IMG/VR virus record: IMGVR_UViG_3300034062_003747
Location: 1-64,000 of that record
From: a virus
DNA length: 64,000 bases
Direction: 5' to 3' (one strand)
The notes beneath the pieces are model-generated. The model made no database searches. It was not told the origin of the DNA and saw nothing but the letters and a program-made list of their open reading frames with translations. The position numbers were made by a program, and so were the translations under genes. How positions within the stretch are numbered: the first letter of the stretch is position 1; each line of letters starts with the position of its first letter. Positions 47,860-57,412 of the stretch are shown here, one piece after another.

Positions 47860-48753
47860 TTATTTTATAAAAGGTAATATTGCTAATTCTTTTGCTTTTG
47901 CTTCAACCATAATATCTACATTGTTACCATATGTGTTAGGTAATGAATTGATATAAAGGGAATGGGCTTGTAGTTTTTCTTTTGGATTATTTTCGTGTAA
48001 TGCTTTTGATTCTGAATAGTGTACAACGGGAGTAATTCCTTCGGGCCAAGTTGTGATTGCTAATTTAAGTGCTTGTTCTTCGGATAAATCACCGGTACAA
48101 AATTGGTGGTGGTGGTAATCGAATACAATAGGAATACCAATTGCATTATGGACATACATAAGGTCTTTAACTGAATACATAGATGCCTTATCATCATTCT
48201 CTATTGTTAACCGCTTACGAACCGATGGAGAGAGTCTTTGGAAGTTAGTGATGAATCTATCCAATGCGGATTTTTTATCTCCATAAACACCATTACAATG
48301 AATATTAATCTTATTGTAAGGAGTTTTAGATAATCCCATCATGTCGAATATCTTACCATGCAATTCTAAATCAGCAAGTGTTTTTAATACAACCGATTCG
48401 TTAGGTGAAACTAATACATTGAATGGACCAGGGTGGGAAGTAATACGAATATTATGAAACTTAGCAAAATCACCAGCCTTTTTAAGTTCTGATTTGATTT
48501 CCTTATAATCTTTGAGTTGAGTAATATCGATATGGTCACCCCACGGGATAAGAGTAGATGATAAACGAAACAATTTAATTCCGTTCATTCTATTCCATTC
48601 TAAAATCTTAATGATATCTTTGGAGTTAAGTAGGGCTAGTTCGGAAACGTAATCCATGCCTTTGGCTTGGAATGTCCGGTTAACCATACTTCGGTTAGTA
48701 GTAACTTTTTTACCCATACTCATATTAATACAAGCATATCCTAAATTCATCAT
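47860..48753 (-). CDS. uvsE: UV damage endonuclease
   Basis: LGYACIN, FRLSS, HPGPF, IENDD, FDYHHH and DIMVEAKAKE motifs. Confidence 0.92.
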   Translation of the reverse strand: MMNLGYACINMSMGKKVTTNRSMVNRTFQAKGMDYVSELALLNSKDIIKILEWNRMNGIKLFRLSSTLIPWGDHIDITQLKDYKEIKSELKKAGDFAKFHNIRITSHPGPFNVLVSPNESVVLKTLADLELHGKIFDMMGLSKTPYNKINIHCNGVYGDKKSALDRFITNFQRLSPSVRKRLTIENDDKASMYSVKDLMYVHNAIGIPIVFDYHHHQFCTGDLSEEQALKLAITTWPEGITPVVHYSESKALHENNPKEKLQAHSLYINSLPNTYGNNVDIMVEAKAKELAILPFIK

Positions 48754-48775
48754 TCTAATACAATTTGTTGTTATA

Positions 48776-48807
48776 CAAATATACGAAATATATCTGATAA
48801 TACCAAA
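48776..48807 (-). promoter_or_regulatory. Bacteroidota-type promoter (TTTG-N20-TATATTTG)
   Basis: Perfect consensus upstream of uvsE. Confidence 0.75.
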
Positions 48808-49206
48808 TTATTTATCATATAATTTATTTATTATATGTGTTGAACTAAAGCCTTCCATTTGAGGGAAATAGATAATTTCACCCACATACTCACTTCCTAT
48901 AATTCTTTTACCCCTATATTCTTCACCGATAACCATAATGGCCGGCATCATAGTTTTAATAAGTATTTCTAACTCTTCATCTGAATTAAATGATACTACC
49001 CTATCCACATATTTAATAGCATCTAATAGGGCAATTCTACTTACTAAATTATTTATGGGTCTTTGTTCGCCTTTTAATTCCTTAACTCTTCTGTCACCAT
49101 CAACCCCAACAATTAGGAAATCACCTAAATCGGCCGCCCTCTTTAATAATTGAATATGACCTAAGTGGACGATATCAAATGTACCATTTACCCAAACTTT
49201 TATCAT
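48808..49206 (-). CDS. Cytidylyltransferase-family nucleotidyltransferase (RfaE domain II-like)
   Basis: NGTFDIVHLGH (HIGH), KGEQRPIN and FSST. Confidence 0.88.
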   Translation of the reverse strand: MIKVWVNGTFDIVHLGHIQLLKRAADLGDFLIVGVDGDRRVKELKGEQRPINNLVSRIALLDAIKYVDRVVSFNSDEELEILIKTMMPAIMVIGEEYRGKRIIGSEYVGEIIYFPQMEGFSSTHIINKLYDK

Positions 49207-49577
49207 AATAAATCATTTGGTGTTTTTCTATAAATTCTATATGAATCCGAATCAAAGTGTTCCGTACTTACCTCGTACACAACTCCCTTTTCTTGCAAGG
49301 AAGTAAGTTGGTGTGGTGTTCCCTTTTCAATATAAACTGAATCGCCGGGGTTTAGAATTTCTTTTTTTATTATACCAATCTTAGTATCAATCCATCTGAA
49401 CTCAAATTGTCCATCTTGTATATACCACGTTTCGTTTTTAAGCATATGATAATGCATTGAAAACTTGTCACCTTTTTCTGCGAAAACTAAAAGTTTACCA
49501 CAATATTGTGCATCGTTATGAACCCATAGTTCATATCCCCACGACTTTTGTACTTTTGTTGGTCTTGTTATTATCAT
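49203..49577 (-). CDS. Cupin (sugar isomerase-like)
   Basis: KSWGYE...SMHYHMLKNETW...PHQL...EVST. The ATG at 49577 overlaps the iscA stop. Confidence 0.8.
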   Translation of the reverse strand: MIITRPTKVQKSWGYELWVHNDAQYCGKLLVFAEKGDKFSMHYHMLKNETWYIQDGQFEFRWIDTKIGIIKKEILNPGDSVYIEKGTPHQLTSLQEKGVVYEVSTEHFDSDSYRIYRKTPNDLL

Positions 49578-49897
49578 ACTGCAAAACTTTCTCCACATCC
49601 ACATGTACGGGATGCGTTTGGGTTTATAAATTCAAATCCTTTACCATTTAATCCGTCTGAGAAATTTAATTCTGTTCCGTAAAGATATAATAGGGATTTG
49701 TTGTCTACTAAAATTTTTACTCCTTTATCTTCTGCTAGATTATCTCTTGCCTGTTGGTCAGTATCAAATGAAAGGTCATATGACAATCCACTACATCCAC
49801 CACCTTTAATGGAAACTCTAACGAAGGGAGTTTTAAATCCACTTTCTTCAATGAGTGAACTTAGTTTTTTAGCTGCCGTTTCTGATACTGTTACCAT
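49574..49897 (-). CDS. iscA: HesB/IscA iron-sulfur cluster carrier
   Basis: GGGCSG and NPNASRTCGCGESF. Confidence 0.93.
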   Translation of the reverse strand: MVTVSETAAKKLSSLIEESGFKTPFVRVSIKGGGCSGLSYDLSFDTDQQARDNLAEDKGVKILVDNKSLLYLYGTELNFSDGLNGKGFEFINPNASRTCGCGESFAV

Positions 49898-49899
49898 TG

Positions 49900-51102
49900 T
49901 TAATAAGTTTTGCTTGAAAAATCGGTTGGATATTGAGATGGTTTTATGTATCTAATCCAATAGTTAACCGCGTTCTGGTCGTTTATCCATTTTGTTTTAT
50001 CTGCCCAATCAAACCCTTCCGATGCGTAATAGGGTTTATAATCTCTGATTATTTGAGCCCTATTTGGGTGTGCAGTTACTTCATCTATTAATCCATCACC
50101 ATCCGTATCGTATCCATCAATAGAACCATCCCTATCGTAATCAATTGGTCTGACTGTATAATCGGGTTGGAGGTTTAATAACTCTTCATCTGGATTATCT
50201 ACTAATGGGTTATCAAATGGTGGTTCGTATAATCCCGCTTGTTGATTATCTTCCACCATACCACCTAAGATATCGTCTTTAGTAGAATTTTTTCCACTAT
50301 CTTTATATATTTGATAATTTTTTTCCACTAACGGGTCATTCTCACCATACATATTTTTCTTACCAATCAATCCATTAAATGCAATGATAAGGGCAACTGC
50401 AAGTGGGTCAAACACAAATACAATAATAAATATAAAAAACTTAACAACGGAGTTAAGGGGTACATTGAACGCCTCTGCTACAAAACGAAACCCACCAACT
50501 TCTTTTTCTAATTCGATATTATTATTTTTAATAACATTTATAGAATCTAACGCTGCATTATTTTTTATAGTTAATTCATCAATTCGTTTTGATATGGAAC
50601 TAATTTCTCTATCTGCAGATTTAATCATCTGAGATACTCTTGATGTAGATTTATCCTTATCAATTTGTTTAGATAAGTTACTCTCTTGAGAATTACGAAT
50701 ATTTTGTTGGTTAGTTAATTGAGTAGAGTAACGGGTTATCTCCCCATCGTTCTTAGTGATTTGAGTTTGATACACTGCAATATCTCTATCTACCTTTTGT
50801 AATCCTAAATTTTGTTGTTGGAAAGCATTAGAAAGGTATCCAAAAATACCGGCAGAGGTAATCAACATAAGAATACCTACGGCACTTGTTAGATACCACT
50901 TATTAAACCCACCAATATCATCCCACTTTTGTTTTAGATAAGTGGCTGCAACTAATTTAGCAAATTCTAATGAACCTGCCATTACCATTACTGAAAGTGA
51001 AGCACCGGCAAATAGAACACCCAATCCCGTTACTGAAAAGTACGCAGCACATCCAGCAACGATTACTGCTGATAATCCGACCAAATACTTTAACCAATTC
51101 AT
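49900..51102 (-). CDS. Multi-pass membrane protein with coiled coil and acidic Ca-binding-like repeat
   Basis: Three N-terminal TM helices, a coiled coil, a further TM (VFDPLA) and DYDRDGSIDGYDTDGDGLID. Confidence 0.65.
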   Translation of the reverse strand: MNWLKYLVGLSAVIVAGCAAYFSVTGLGVLFAGASLSVMVMAGSLEFAKLVAATYLKQKWDDIGGFNKWYLTSAVGILMLITSAGIFGYLSNAFQQQNLGLQKVDRDIAVYQTQITKNDGEITRYSTQLTNQQNIRNSQESNLSKQIDKDKSTSRVSQMIKSADREISSISKRIDELTIKNNAALDSINVIKNNNIELEKEVGGFRFVAEAFNVPLNSVVKFFIFIIVFVFDPLAVALIIAFNGLIGKKNMYGENDPLVEKNYQIYKDSGKNSTKDDILGGMVEDNQQAGLYEPPFDNPLVDNPDEELLNLQPDYTVRPIDYDRDGSIDGYDTDGDGLIDEVTAHPNRAQIIRDYKPYYASEGFDWADKTKWINDQNAVNYWIRYIKPSQYPTDFSSKTY

Positions 51103-51103
51103 T

Positions 51104-51283
51104 TTACGATAAATCTACGAGGTTTGTTGTTAGTTCTACTAATTTTTCAATTTCATTTGATAACTTAACGGCTTCTGCTTGATTAGCAGGGCGTTCACCT
51201 TTTAACATTTCTGCGATAACTTTAGCTCTTTTAGTAATTGCTTCTAAATTTTCTTGAGCTCTCATTTTGTATTCTTGTTTCAT
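51104..51283 (-). CDS. 59-aa hypothetical protein
   Basis: Translated by hand: MKQEYKMRAQENLEAITKRAKVIAEMLKGERPANQAEAVKLSNEIEKLVELTTNLVDLS. Preceded by the late motif. Confidence 0.65.
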   Translation of the reverse strand: MKQEYKMRAQENLEAITKRAKVIAEMLKGERPANQAEAVKLSNEIEKLVELTTNLVDLS

Positions 51284-51305
51284 AATTTGTATTTAAATGT
51301 ACACC

Positions 51306-51314
51306 TATAAATAT
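51306..51314 (-). promoter_or_regulatory. Putative late promoter motif ATATTTATA
   Basis: 22 nt upstream of the ATG at 51283. Confidence 0.5.
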
Positions 51315-51358
51315 GTCCGATATAAAAAAGAGGTAATTTTATATATTTATATATTTAA

Positions 51359-52198
51359 TTAAATTAATTTAGGAACTTGTTTCCAACTAGGGTATGGTAA
51401 ATTATATGTTGGGAAGTTTAATCTTAAATACTCATATACATTACATGCATAATCGTAGTTAGTTTTTGGACCAGGATGTACCCCATCTACTCCCTTATCT
51501 ATTTGTGGTGAAAAATAATTACCATCAAACCTATTATTATTATATTCTTTTGGTATCCCATACCATGTAGGTGGAAACGTGGGTATCTCAAACCAACCAT
51601 TCCATAACCAATTACATCCCTTTGACTCTAAAAAATATTTGATTAATTGATGATTTTTATACCAATTAATTAAATCCTCATTATCATTTTGCAATTCAGT
51701 TAAATATTTTTGTATTTTTTTACCATCTTCAGTTTCTTCCATATATTCTTGTGCCGATGTTGGCATATATGGTTCTACCCCATTATCCTTAGTATATATC
51801 TCTCGTCTTAGAGGTGAGGTATACATAATTAAAACTAAATCAGGTTTAAGTATTTCATAAAAGGTTATTAGTGCTCTACTTATATAATCATTACTTCCAC
51901 CAACCCATCCTAAATTAAAATCAACCCCATTAGGAATAAGTTTTGAAATTTGATGTGACCAAGTTTCATCATCATTTACTCCCACTCCTTCGGTATTTGA
52001 ACACCCTATCGACATTATCTTAAATCCTTTTTTATGAATTGAATCTCCTCTAAACCCCAATTCATTGTAAGTATATGTACATAATCCAGTACTATCACCA
52101 CCGGTAGTATTGAATGATTTATTTATTCTTTCTTTAAATGAGTTTTTATAAGATAAGGTTTCAAATCCATCTGATGTCCAATATTCTAATGGTTTCAT
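51359..52198 (-). CDS. SGNH/GDSL-like hydrolase or acyltransferase
   Basis: NELGFRG, IGCSNTEG, NLGWVGGSN and DGVHPG. Confidence 0.7.
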   Translation of the reverse strand: MKPLEYWTSDGFETLSYKNSFKERINKSFNTTGGDSTGLCTYTYNELGFRGDSIHKKGFKIMSIGCSNTEGVGVNDDETWSHQISKLIPNGVDFNLGWVGGSNDYISRALITFYEILKPDLVLIMYTSPLRREIYTKDNGVEPYMPTSAQEYMEETEDGKKIQKYLTELQNDNEDLINWYKNHQLIKYFLESKGCNWLWNGWFEIPTFPPTWYGIPKEYNNNRFDGNYFSPQIDKGVDGVHPGPKTNYDYACNVYEYLRLNFPTYNLPYPSWKQVPKLI

Positions 52199-52971
52199 AT
52201 TGAGTTATTTAAAACAATAAAATCATAAAGGGTATTTGCAATTAATTTATATCCATCACCATTTGGGTGTTGAGCCACTTCAATTGGATTTGGTATTTTC
52301 TTCTCCCAAATATCTTTATCTTTAAAATTTTTTATTAACCACGACTCTAAAGATTCAATTCCAAACCCCCAATAATTTGTGGTGTCAATGAGGTGAGTAG
52401 TATCGTCATTTTTATTTAAATTCTGAACCATCAAATCAAACCCATCACACATAATGTATTTTATATTATATTCATTTAACATGTGTTGTAAATAAATTAT
52501 ATAATTTTGATTTATAATATTATAATAATTTTGTGTAAATAAATTGCCTAAAAAGAATTTTTTATACTCAGTCAAAAAATTATTAAACTTTTCATCCCCA
52601 TATGTGTATGATTCTATAAATTTATTAGGTAGTTTAGATAGTTCTAATTGACCCCAACTTATCCATTCTCCTTTTGGTAGAAAGGGAACATAATCTCTTA
52701 AAGATGAACTCCACATGATAACGACAAAATCATCTTTTTTAATTTTATTATTTCTTAAATCATTTATAACCTCATTAAAAATAATATTATTTGCTTTACC
52801 GCTCCATCCATTGTTTACAGCCTCTAACCCCATCTTATTTGCAAGGTGAGTAACCCAACTATTTTTATTTCTAAATAATTGTAATTGATTTCTATCCTTA
52901 TAAGATTGTTCGGTGGGCCAATCAATTCCTACCCCCTCTGTCCAACTATCTCCGTATGCGTATAATTTCAT
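52195..52971 (-). CDS. SGNH/GDSL-like protein
   Basis: YGDSWTEG, NNGWSGKAN and QHPNGDGY. Confidence 0.7.
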   Translation of the reverse strand: MKLYAYGDSWTEGVGIDWPTEQSYKDRNQLQLFRNKNSWVTHLANKMGLEAVNNGWSGKANNIIFNEVINDLRNNKIKKDDFVVIMWSSSLRDYVPFLPKGEWISWGQLELSKLPNKFIESYTYGDEKFNNFLTEYKKFFLGNLFTQNYYNIINQNYIIYLQHMLNEYNIKYIMCDGFDLMVQNLNKNDDTTHLIDTTNYWGFGIESLESWLIKNFKDKDIWEKKIPNPIEVAQHPNGDGYKLIANTLYDFIVLNNSI

Positions 52972-53648
52972 ATTATATTTTTTAGTTTACCGTTTAAATT
53001 ATCTAAGGGCGAATATAACACATGAGGTTTCCAACATTTAATATAATTATAAAAATTTTTAAAATTATCTAATGGTGGATATAATACAGCCGGATTCCAG
53101 TTATCAATTTGATTTATAAAATAATTTTCTGCAGAATATCTATTTTCTAATGTTCCCCATCCATTTTTAACATATTGCGGTATTCTATTAATTGATTTAA
53201 TGGTAGTCCACCAAAAATTACCACCATAAAAATTATTAGGACACCAATGTTTAATAATCTCAGGATATTTGATTATATAATTATCAATTCTCATCAACAC
53301 TCCAGATGTGTCAAACCCCATATTTAACAACTTAATATGTTCTTTATAATTATCTATCAATGATGCCTCCATATATTTTCTCCACTCAATTTCATATAAC
53401 TTAGTTGGTTTCGATGCTCCCTTAGTGTGAATATATAAAATATAATCGGTATTATCAAACTCCTTTACTTCTTCTAACATTTTTAAAAAAGTGTGACATT
53501 CGTTTTCGTTAATATTGACAATATTGGGGTGATATGTGAATTCATCGGTAATCTGATTAAACACTCTTTCCTTTTGTTCCTCAGCTATTTTTAAACCAAT
53601 GTTATCTGATGTATTACCTGACCATATGTGATGATATATCCGTATCAT
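52968..53648 (-). CDS. Putative glycosyltransferase-like protein
   Basis: NENE...YIHTKG...WRKYM...GNFWW...RYSAE motif set. Confidence 0.5.
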   Translation of the reverse strand: MIRIYHHIWSGNTSDNIGLKIAEEQKERVFNQITDEFTYHPNIVNINENECHTFLKMLEEVKEFDNTDYILYIHTKGASKPTKLYEIEWRKYMEASLIDNYKEHIKLLNMGFDTSGVLMRIDNYIIKYPEIIKHWCPNNFYGGNFWWTTIKSINRIPQYVKNGWGTLENRYSAENYFINQIDNWNPAVLYPPLDNFKNFYNYIKCWKPHVLYSPLDNLNGKLKNII

Positions 53649-53706
53649 ATTAATACTTTTTTATTTGTTCTTCTTGTAATTTCTTTTGTTTCATATATTA
53701 CGATAG

Positions 53707-54330
53707 TTATTTCCAAATAGAAAATTGGTTTTGAATCTTATACCAAAATAATTCATCAGTTTTTAATAAAGTATTAATTTCAATCCATTGTTGGGGATAT
53801 GTTTTGATTAAATACTGTATTAGTTCAGATTTGGATAACCATATTGGATAGTTTGAAAAATTATACTTTACTTCATCAAAAATAGGTAATTTTTCAATAC
53901 CCATTTCTTTGGTTAAGAAATCGTTTAAATCATCCAACATTACAATAGTAGGTGGTGTAGGTAAAGAGACTCCAAACAAATATAGATATTTAAACAATTG
54001 ATGATGCCAATGTAATTGGGAGTTAATATCTATAATAAATTTATTTAACAGTTTCTTTTCTTCTAAAAATTTATTCTCCTTACTCAAACCCCCCAATAAA
54101 GATTGACTTTTTCTATTCCAACACCACTCTATAAACTCCGTATGTAATGCGGATATTAGCAAATCCATTGGAGTTCTTAAAACTACCCATTTAATATTTG
54201 AAGTTAGTGGAATTTTTATTATATCAAACAAATCAATATATTCTCTATCAATGTTATACACCTCATATAAAAAACGTGAACCACATTTTGGAGGAGTTAG
54301 AATTTGCTTGTTGAAGACGTATAATTTCAT
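53707..54330 (-). CDS. Divergent sulfotransferase-like protein
   Basis: PPKCGSRF and VLRTP...SA resemble the PAPS-binding motifs. Confidence 0.45.
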   Translation of the reverse strand: MKLYVFNKQILTPPKCGSRFLYEVYNIDREYIDLFDIIKIPLTSNIKWVVLRTPMDLLISALHTEFIEWCWNRKSQSLLGGLSKENKFLEEKKLLNKFIIDINSQLHWHHQLFKYLYLFGVSLPTPPTIVMLDDLNDFLTKEMGIEKLPIFDEVKYNFSNYPIWLSKSELIQYLIKTYPQQWIEINTLLKTDELFWYKIQNQFSIWK

Positions 54331-54336
54331 TTTACA

Positions 54337-55074
54337 TCATATTAATTTGTTGGTTTTTTCATTCAAAATTCTATTACGAATTTCTTTTGCGATAAATTTA
54401 TGTCCGGCATCATTTTCGTGTGCATATAAATCTTTAGATAATCCATTTTTTATAATAAATTCAAAAAGACCTGTAAATAATAAATCATCAATATTACTAA
54501 ATTTAATAAACTTACTTAAATCAATTTTTTTAAATATATTTAATTTTTTAACAGATTTATCTAATTTAATATAGTTAAAAAAAAGATAATCAATATTATT
54601 TTTAATAAAATATTCCTGTAATATAAACATATAGTGTAAGGTTTCCTCACTTGCCCACGGTTCAGATTTTACTTTGTTATTATTATACATAAATGTATTA
54701 AGTTCACTATCCTTTATATATAAATAATCTTTTGAATTATTTAAATAATATTCTTCACCCGTTTCAGTTAGGGTTCTTCTTCTATTCGGCCAAGTCCATT
54801 CTATAATAACTAAATCAGGTTTTTGATTTTGGGAAATTAAATGTTCTATTTCTTCTAAAGTGGTGTGTAATATCCTATCATTTCCTCCACCATAAAAAGC
54901 ACTATTAAATAATATATTATCTTCATTATTTGTATTTTTATAAGAAATTATGTTTTGTATTAAAATTTCTTTAAAATTATCCACAATTGAATACATGAGT
55001 ATTTTAGGCCAATTTAAACTGAATTCAGCCCAATCACCCGCAGAATATGAACATCCGTTTACATATAATTTCAT
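54337..55074 (-). CDS. SGNH/GDSL-like protein
   Basis: NGCSYSAG, GGGNDRI and HENDAGH. Confidence 0.65.
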   Translation of the reverse strand: MKLYVNGCSYSAGDWAEFSLNWPKILMYSIVDNFKEILIQNIISYKNTNNEDNILFNSAFYGGGNDRILHTTLEEIEHLISQNQKPDLVIIEWTWPNRRRTLTETGEEYYLNNSKDYLYIKDSELNTFMYNNNKVKSEPWASEETLHYMFILQEYFIKNNIDYLFFNYIKLDKSVKKLNIFKKIDLSKFIKFSNIDDLLFTGLFEFIIKNGLSKDLYAHENDAGHKFIAKEIRNRILNEKTNKLI

Positions 55075-55075
55075 T

Positions 55076-56332
55076 TTACATTATATTTTGTTTAATTGTG
55101 TTATTTTTTTTCAAATCATTATTTAAAATCAAATCCAATAATGAATTTTCATTGTTCATTCTAAACATAAATTTAGTATGTACCACATCAGACCATTCTT
55201 TACATAATATATAATTTTCATCAAAGTTTTCCATAAATTCTTTTACGAATTTTGAAAATAATTTACCATCAACTTTATAATTTTTAGATTCTTTATAAAA
55301 CGGATGTGGTGGAACATCAAATATTTTTTCAACCATTTCAATTGGGTATTCGTGTGTTGATATAAATGGTATCCCAGCTAATAATAATCCAATTGTTTTC
55401 TCCGAAAGGTACTGTGATGTAAATTTTTGTGTACTCCATGACCAACTCTCACATAGTATTTGCATTTTGGCTTTTGTTAAAACTCTAAAGAATATATCAC
55501 CACATCCTTTTAAATTTTCAATATAACTTATATCATCAAAATCAGTATTACCAAGTATTGAATTATTTTTAATATCATTTGAAACCAATGACCCATTTTT
55601 TTTATAATATTTATTATGATTTAACGCATCACATGTTTTTAAATAAATTTTATTGTTATTTAAATTTTTTAATTCATTTAAAATACTAACTCTGTTTGAT
55701 TTATGATTTCTTACACTATACATTAAATCATAATCAAAATTTAATTTATCATAGACCTGTTTAAATTCATACCACCATCTAATATTTAAATTTTTGTTCC
55801 ATTGAAAAATAGAATTTGTAAGTGCAAAGTGAACGTTTTGATATTTGGATTTTACATGATTATTTAGAAAAAAATTATCAGTTATAATATAATGTTGATT
55901 TAATTGTTCTAATAGTGATTCTATTTCATTTGCTTTTTCATCAAACGCAATTTCTTCATATTTTTGAAATATTTTTTCCGTTCTGAAATAAGTGATTAAC
56001 CACTTTTGGTTCTTTGGACAATCTTTTAATAGGTTTATAAATATTTTTAATATTTGTTGATTTTCCCTATCCATATAACTTCTATCTGGTAAGATTGGGC
56101 CTATTTTTGAATCTGTACTTGAATTAAAATATGCACTGAAATAATCTAATATATGATATCCATCCTCTTCAAAACTAATTTCTTCTTTAAAGATAAATTC
56201 AATATCAGTATTTTTGTATTTACAAAACACACTACCTGTATTGTTTTCAATAAAATATTTTCTATCGGTTGTATTATTTCCTAAAGTATATAATAACGAT
56301 TTATCAAACTGATGATGTATATATATTTTCAT
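55076..56332 (-). CDS. Putative glycosyltransferase-like protein (paralog of 63009)
   Basis: KMQILCESW...YLSEKTIG...GIPFIST; extensive identity to the 63009 ORF. Confidence 0.5.
   Translation of the reverse strand: MKIYIHHQFDKSLLYTLGNNTTDRKYFIENNTGSVFCKYKNTDIEFIFKEEISFEEDGYHILDYFSAYFNSSTDSKIGPILPDRSYMDRENQQILKIFINLLKDCPKNQKWLITYFRTEKIFQKYEEIAFDEKANEIESLLEQLNQHYIITDNFFLNNHVKSKYQNVHFALTNSIFQWNKNLNIRWWYEFKQVYDKLNFDYDLMYSVRNHKSNRVSILNELKNLNNNKIYLKTCDALNHNKYYKKNGSLVSNDIKNNSILGNTDFDDISYIENLKGCGDIFFRVLTKAKMQILCESWSWSTQKFTSQYLSEKTIGLLLAGIPFISTHEYPIEMVEKIFDVPPHPFYKESKNYKVDGKLFSKFVKEFMENFDENYILCKEWSDVVHTKFMFRMNNENSLLDLILNNDLKKNNTIKQNIM
55191..55251. repeat. 61-bp near-identical direct repeat (other copy at 63121-63181)
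   Basis: GACCATTCTTTACATAA..TATAATTTTCATCAAAGTTTTCCATAAATTCTTTTACGAATT, with 2 mismatches. Confidence 0.9.
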
Positions 56333-56341
56333 AACTTTAGT

Positions 56342-56812
56342 TTATAAAAGTGTTATGCATTTTGCACCAAATGAATATACAAGTTTAATCGCCGCTATAT
56401 TCCATTCAAATATTTCCATTCTAATTTCTCTAAATTTTTTAAAAATAATTTTAGTTGTATTGCTATAAAACCAGTTCGAAGATTCATTTGGTCTTTCTAT
56501 TACATTTGTAATGTATAAATTATAAGTAAAGCAACTGTCATTATTTATTTTTTTAAACCACCTATAACCAACCGGTTGTTCTTTATAATAAAATATAAAC
56601 ACATAATGACCATCATTAATTCTAGTATACACGTCAGTTATATTAAACATTCCGTCCCATTTATATTCTATATTAAAATAGTCAATCAATGTTTTCATTG
56701 AGTTTATATTTTTTTCTAACGTATCTAAATCCTCCACCAAAACATAACTTAAATCTTCATGTTCGGTTGTATATTCTATAAAAGTTTCTTTTGTTAGTTT
56801 AAAGGTTTTCAT
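56342..56812 (-). CDS. GNAT-fold protein
   Basis: PVGYRWF...YNLYI...WNIAAIKL GNAT-like pattern. Confidence 0.55.
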   Translation of the reverse strand: MKTFKLTKETFIEYTTEHEDLSYVLVEDLDTLEKNINSMKTLIDYFNIEYKWDGMFNITDVYTRINDGHYVFIFYYKEQPVGYRWFKKINNDSCFTYNLYITNVIERPNESSNWFYSNTTKIIFKKFREIRMEIFEWNIAAIKLVYSFGAKCITLL

Positions 56813-57411
56813 AATATTGTTTGGTATTTTTTATTAACAAATAAAATATTTAAATCTTTCCAATTTATTTTTTTATTAATCTCCTCTTTATTAATTACTA
56901 TAAAGTTATTTTTTTCTAAATATTCAATAAGATAGGTGTGCCTATTTTCAGTATTATATAAATTTTCATTTCTACTCCCTTCAACTTGTCCTCTTTTTAT
57001 TAAAGATATTTTTTCATTTAGGGATTTAAGAATATCCAAATCACTACCTTGAGCATCACAATGAAAGTAATCAATTGAATCTATATTATTTTCATCTATA
57101 AATGTATCTAATCTTATAACTTCTACATCCACTTCCATTTCATATTCGGTGATTTTATTTTCAATACTATAATTGGATAGTTCATTTATTGAAGATGACA
57201 TTTTATTTTTTCCAATATAAAATTTTGAAATTCCATTTATCATTCCCACCGCTTTATTTATTATTTTAATATTTTTTTTATTAAAAAATCTTAATTTTAA
57301 TTTTTCCGCGTGATAGTTGTCCGGTTCAAAACAATAAACAAACGAATCATCTTTGAGATATTTTTCAGTATCTTCACCATCAAATCCACCTATTTCTATA
57401 ATTGTTTTCAT
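56809..57411 (-). CDS. FkbM family SAM methyltransferase
   Basis: IEIGGFDG, CFEP, NKAV, RLDTF and HCDAQGSD. Confidence 0.88.
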   Translation of the reverse strand: MKTIIEIGGFDGEDTEKYLKDDSFVYCFEPDNYHAEKLKLRFFNKKNIKIINKAVGMINGISKFYIGKNKMSSSINELSNYSIENKITEYEMEVDVEVIRLDTFIDENNIDSIDYFHCDAQGSDLDILKSLNEKISLIKRGQVEGSRNENLYNTENRHTYLIEYLEKNNFIVINKEEINKKINWKDLNILFVNKKYQTIL

Positions 57412-57412
57412 T

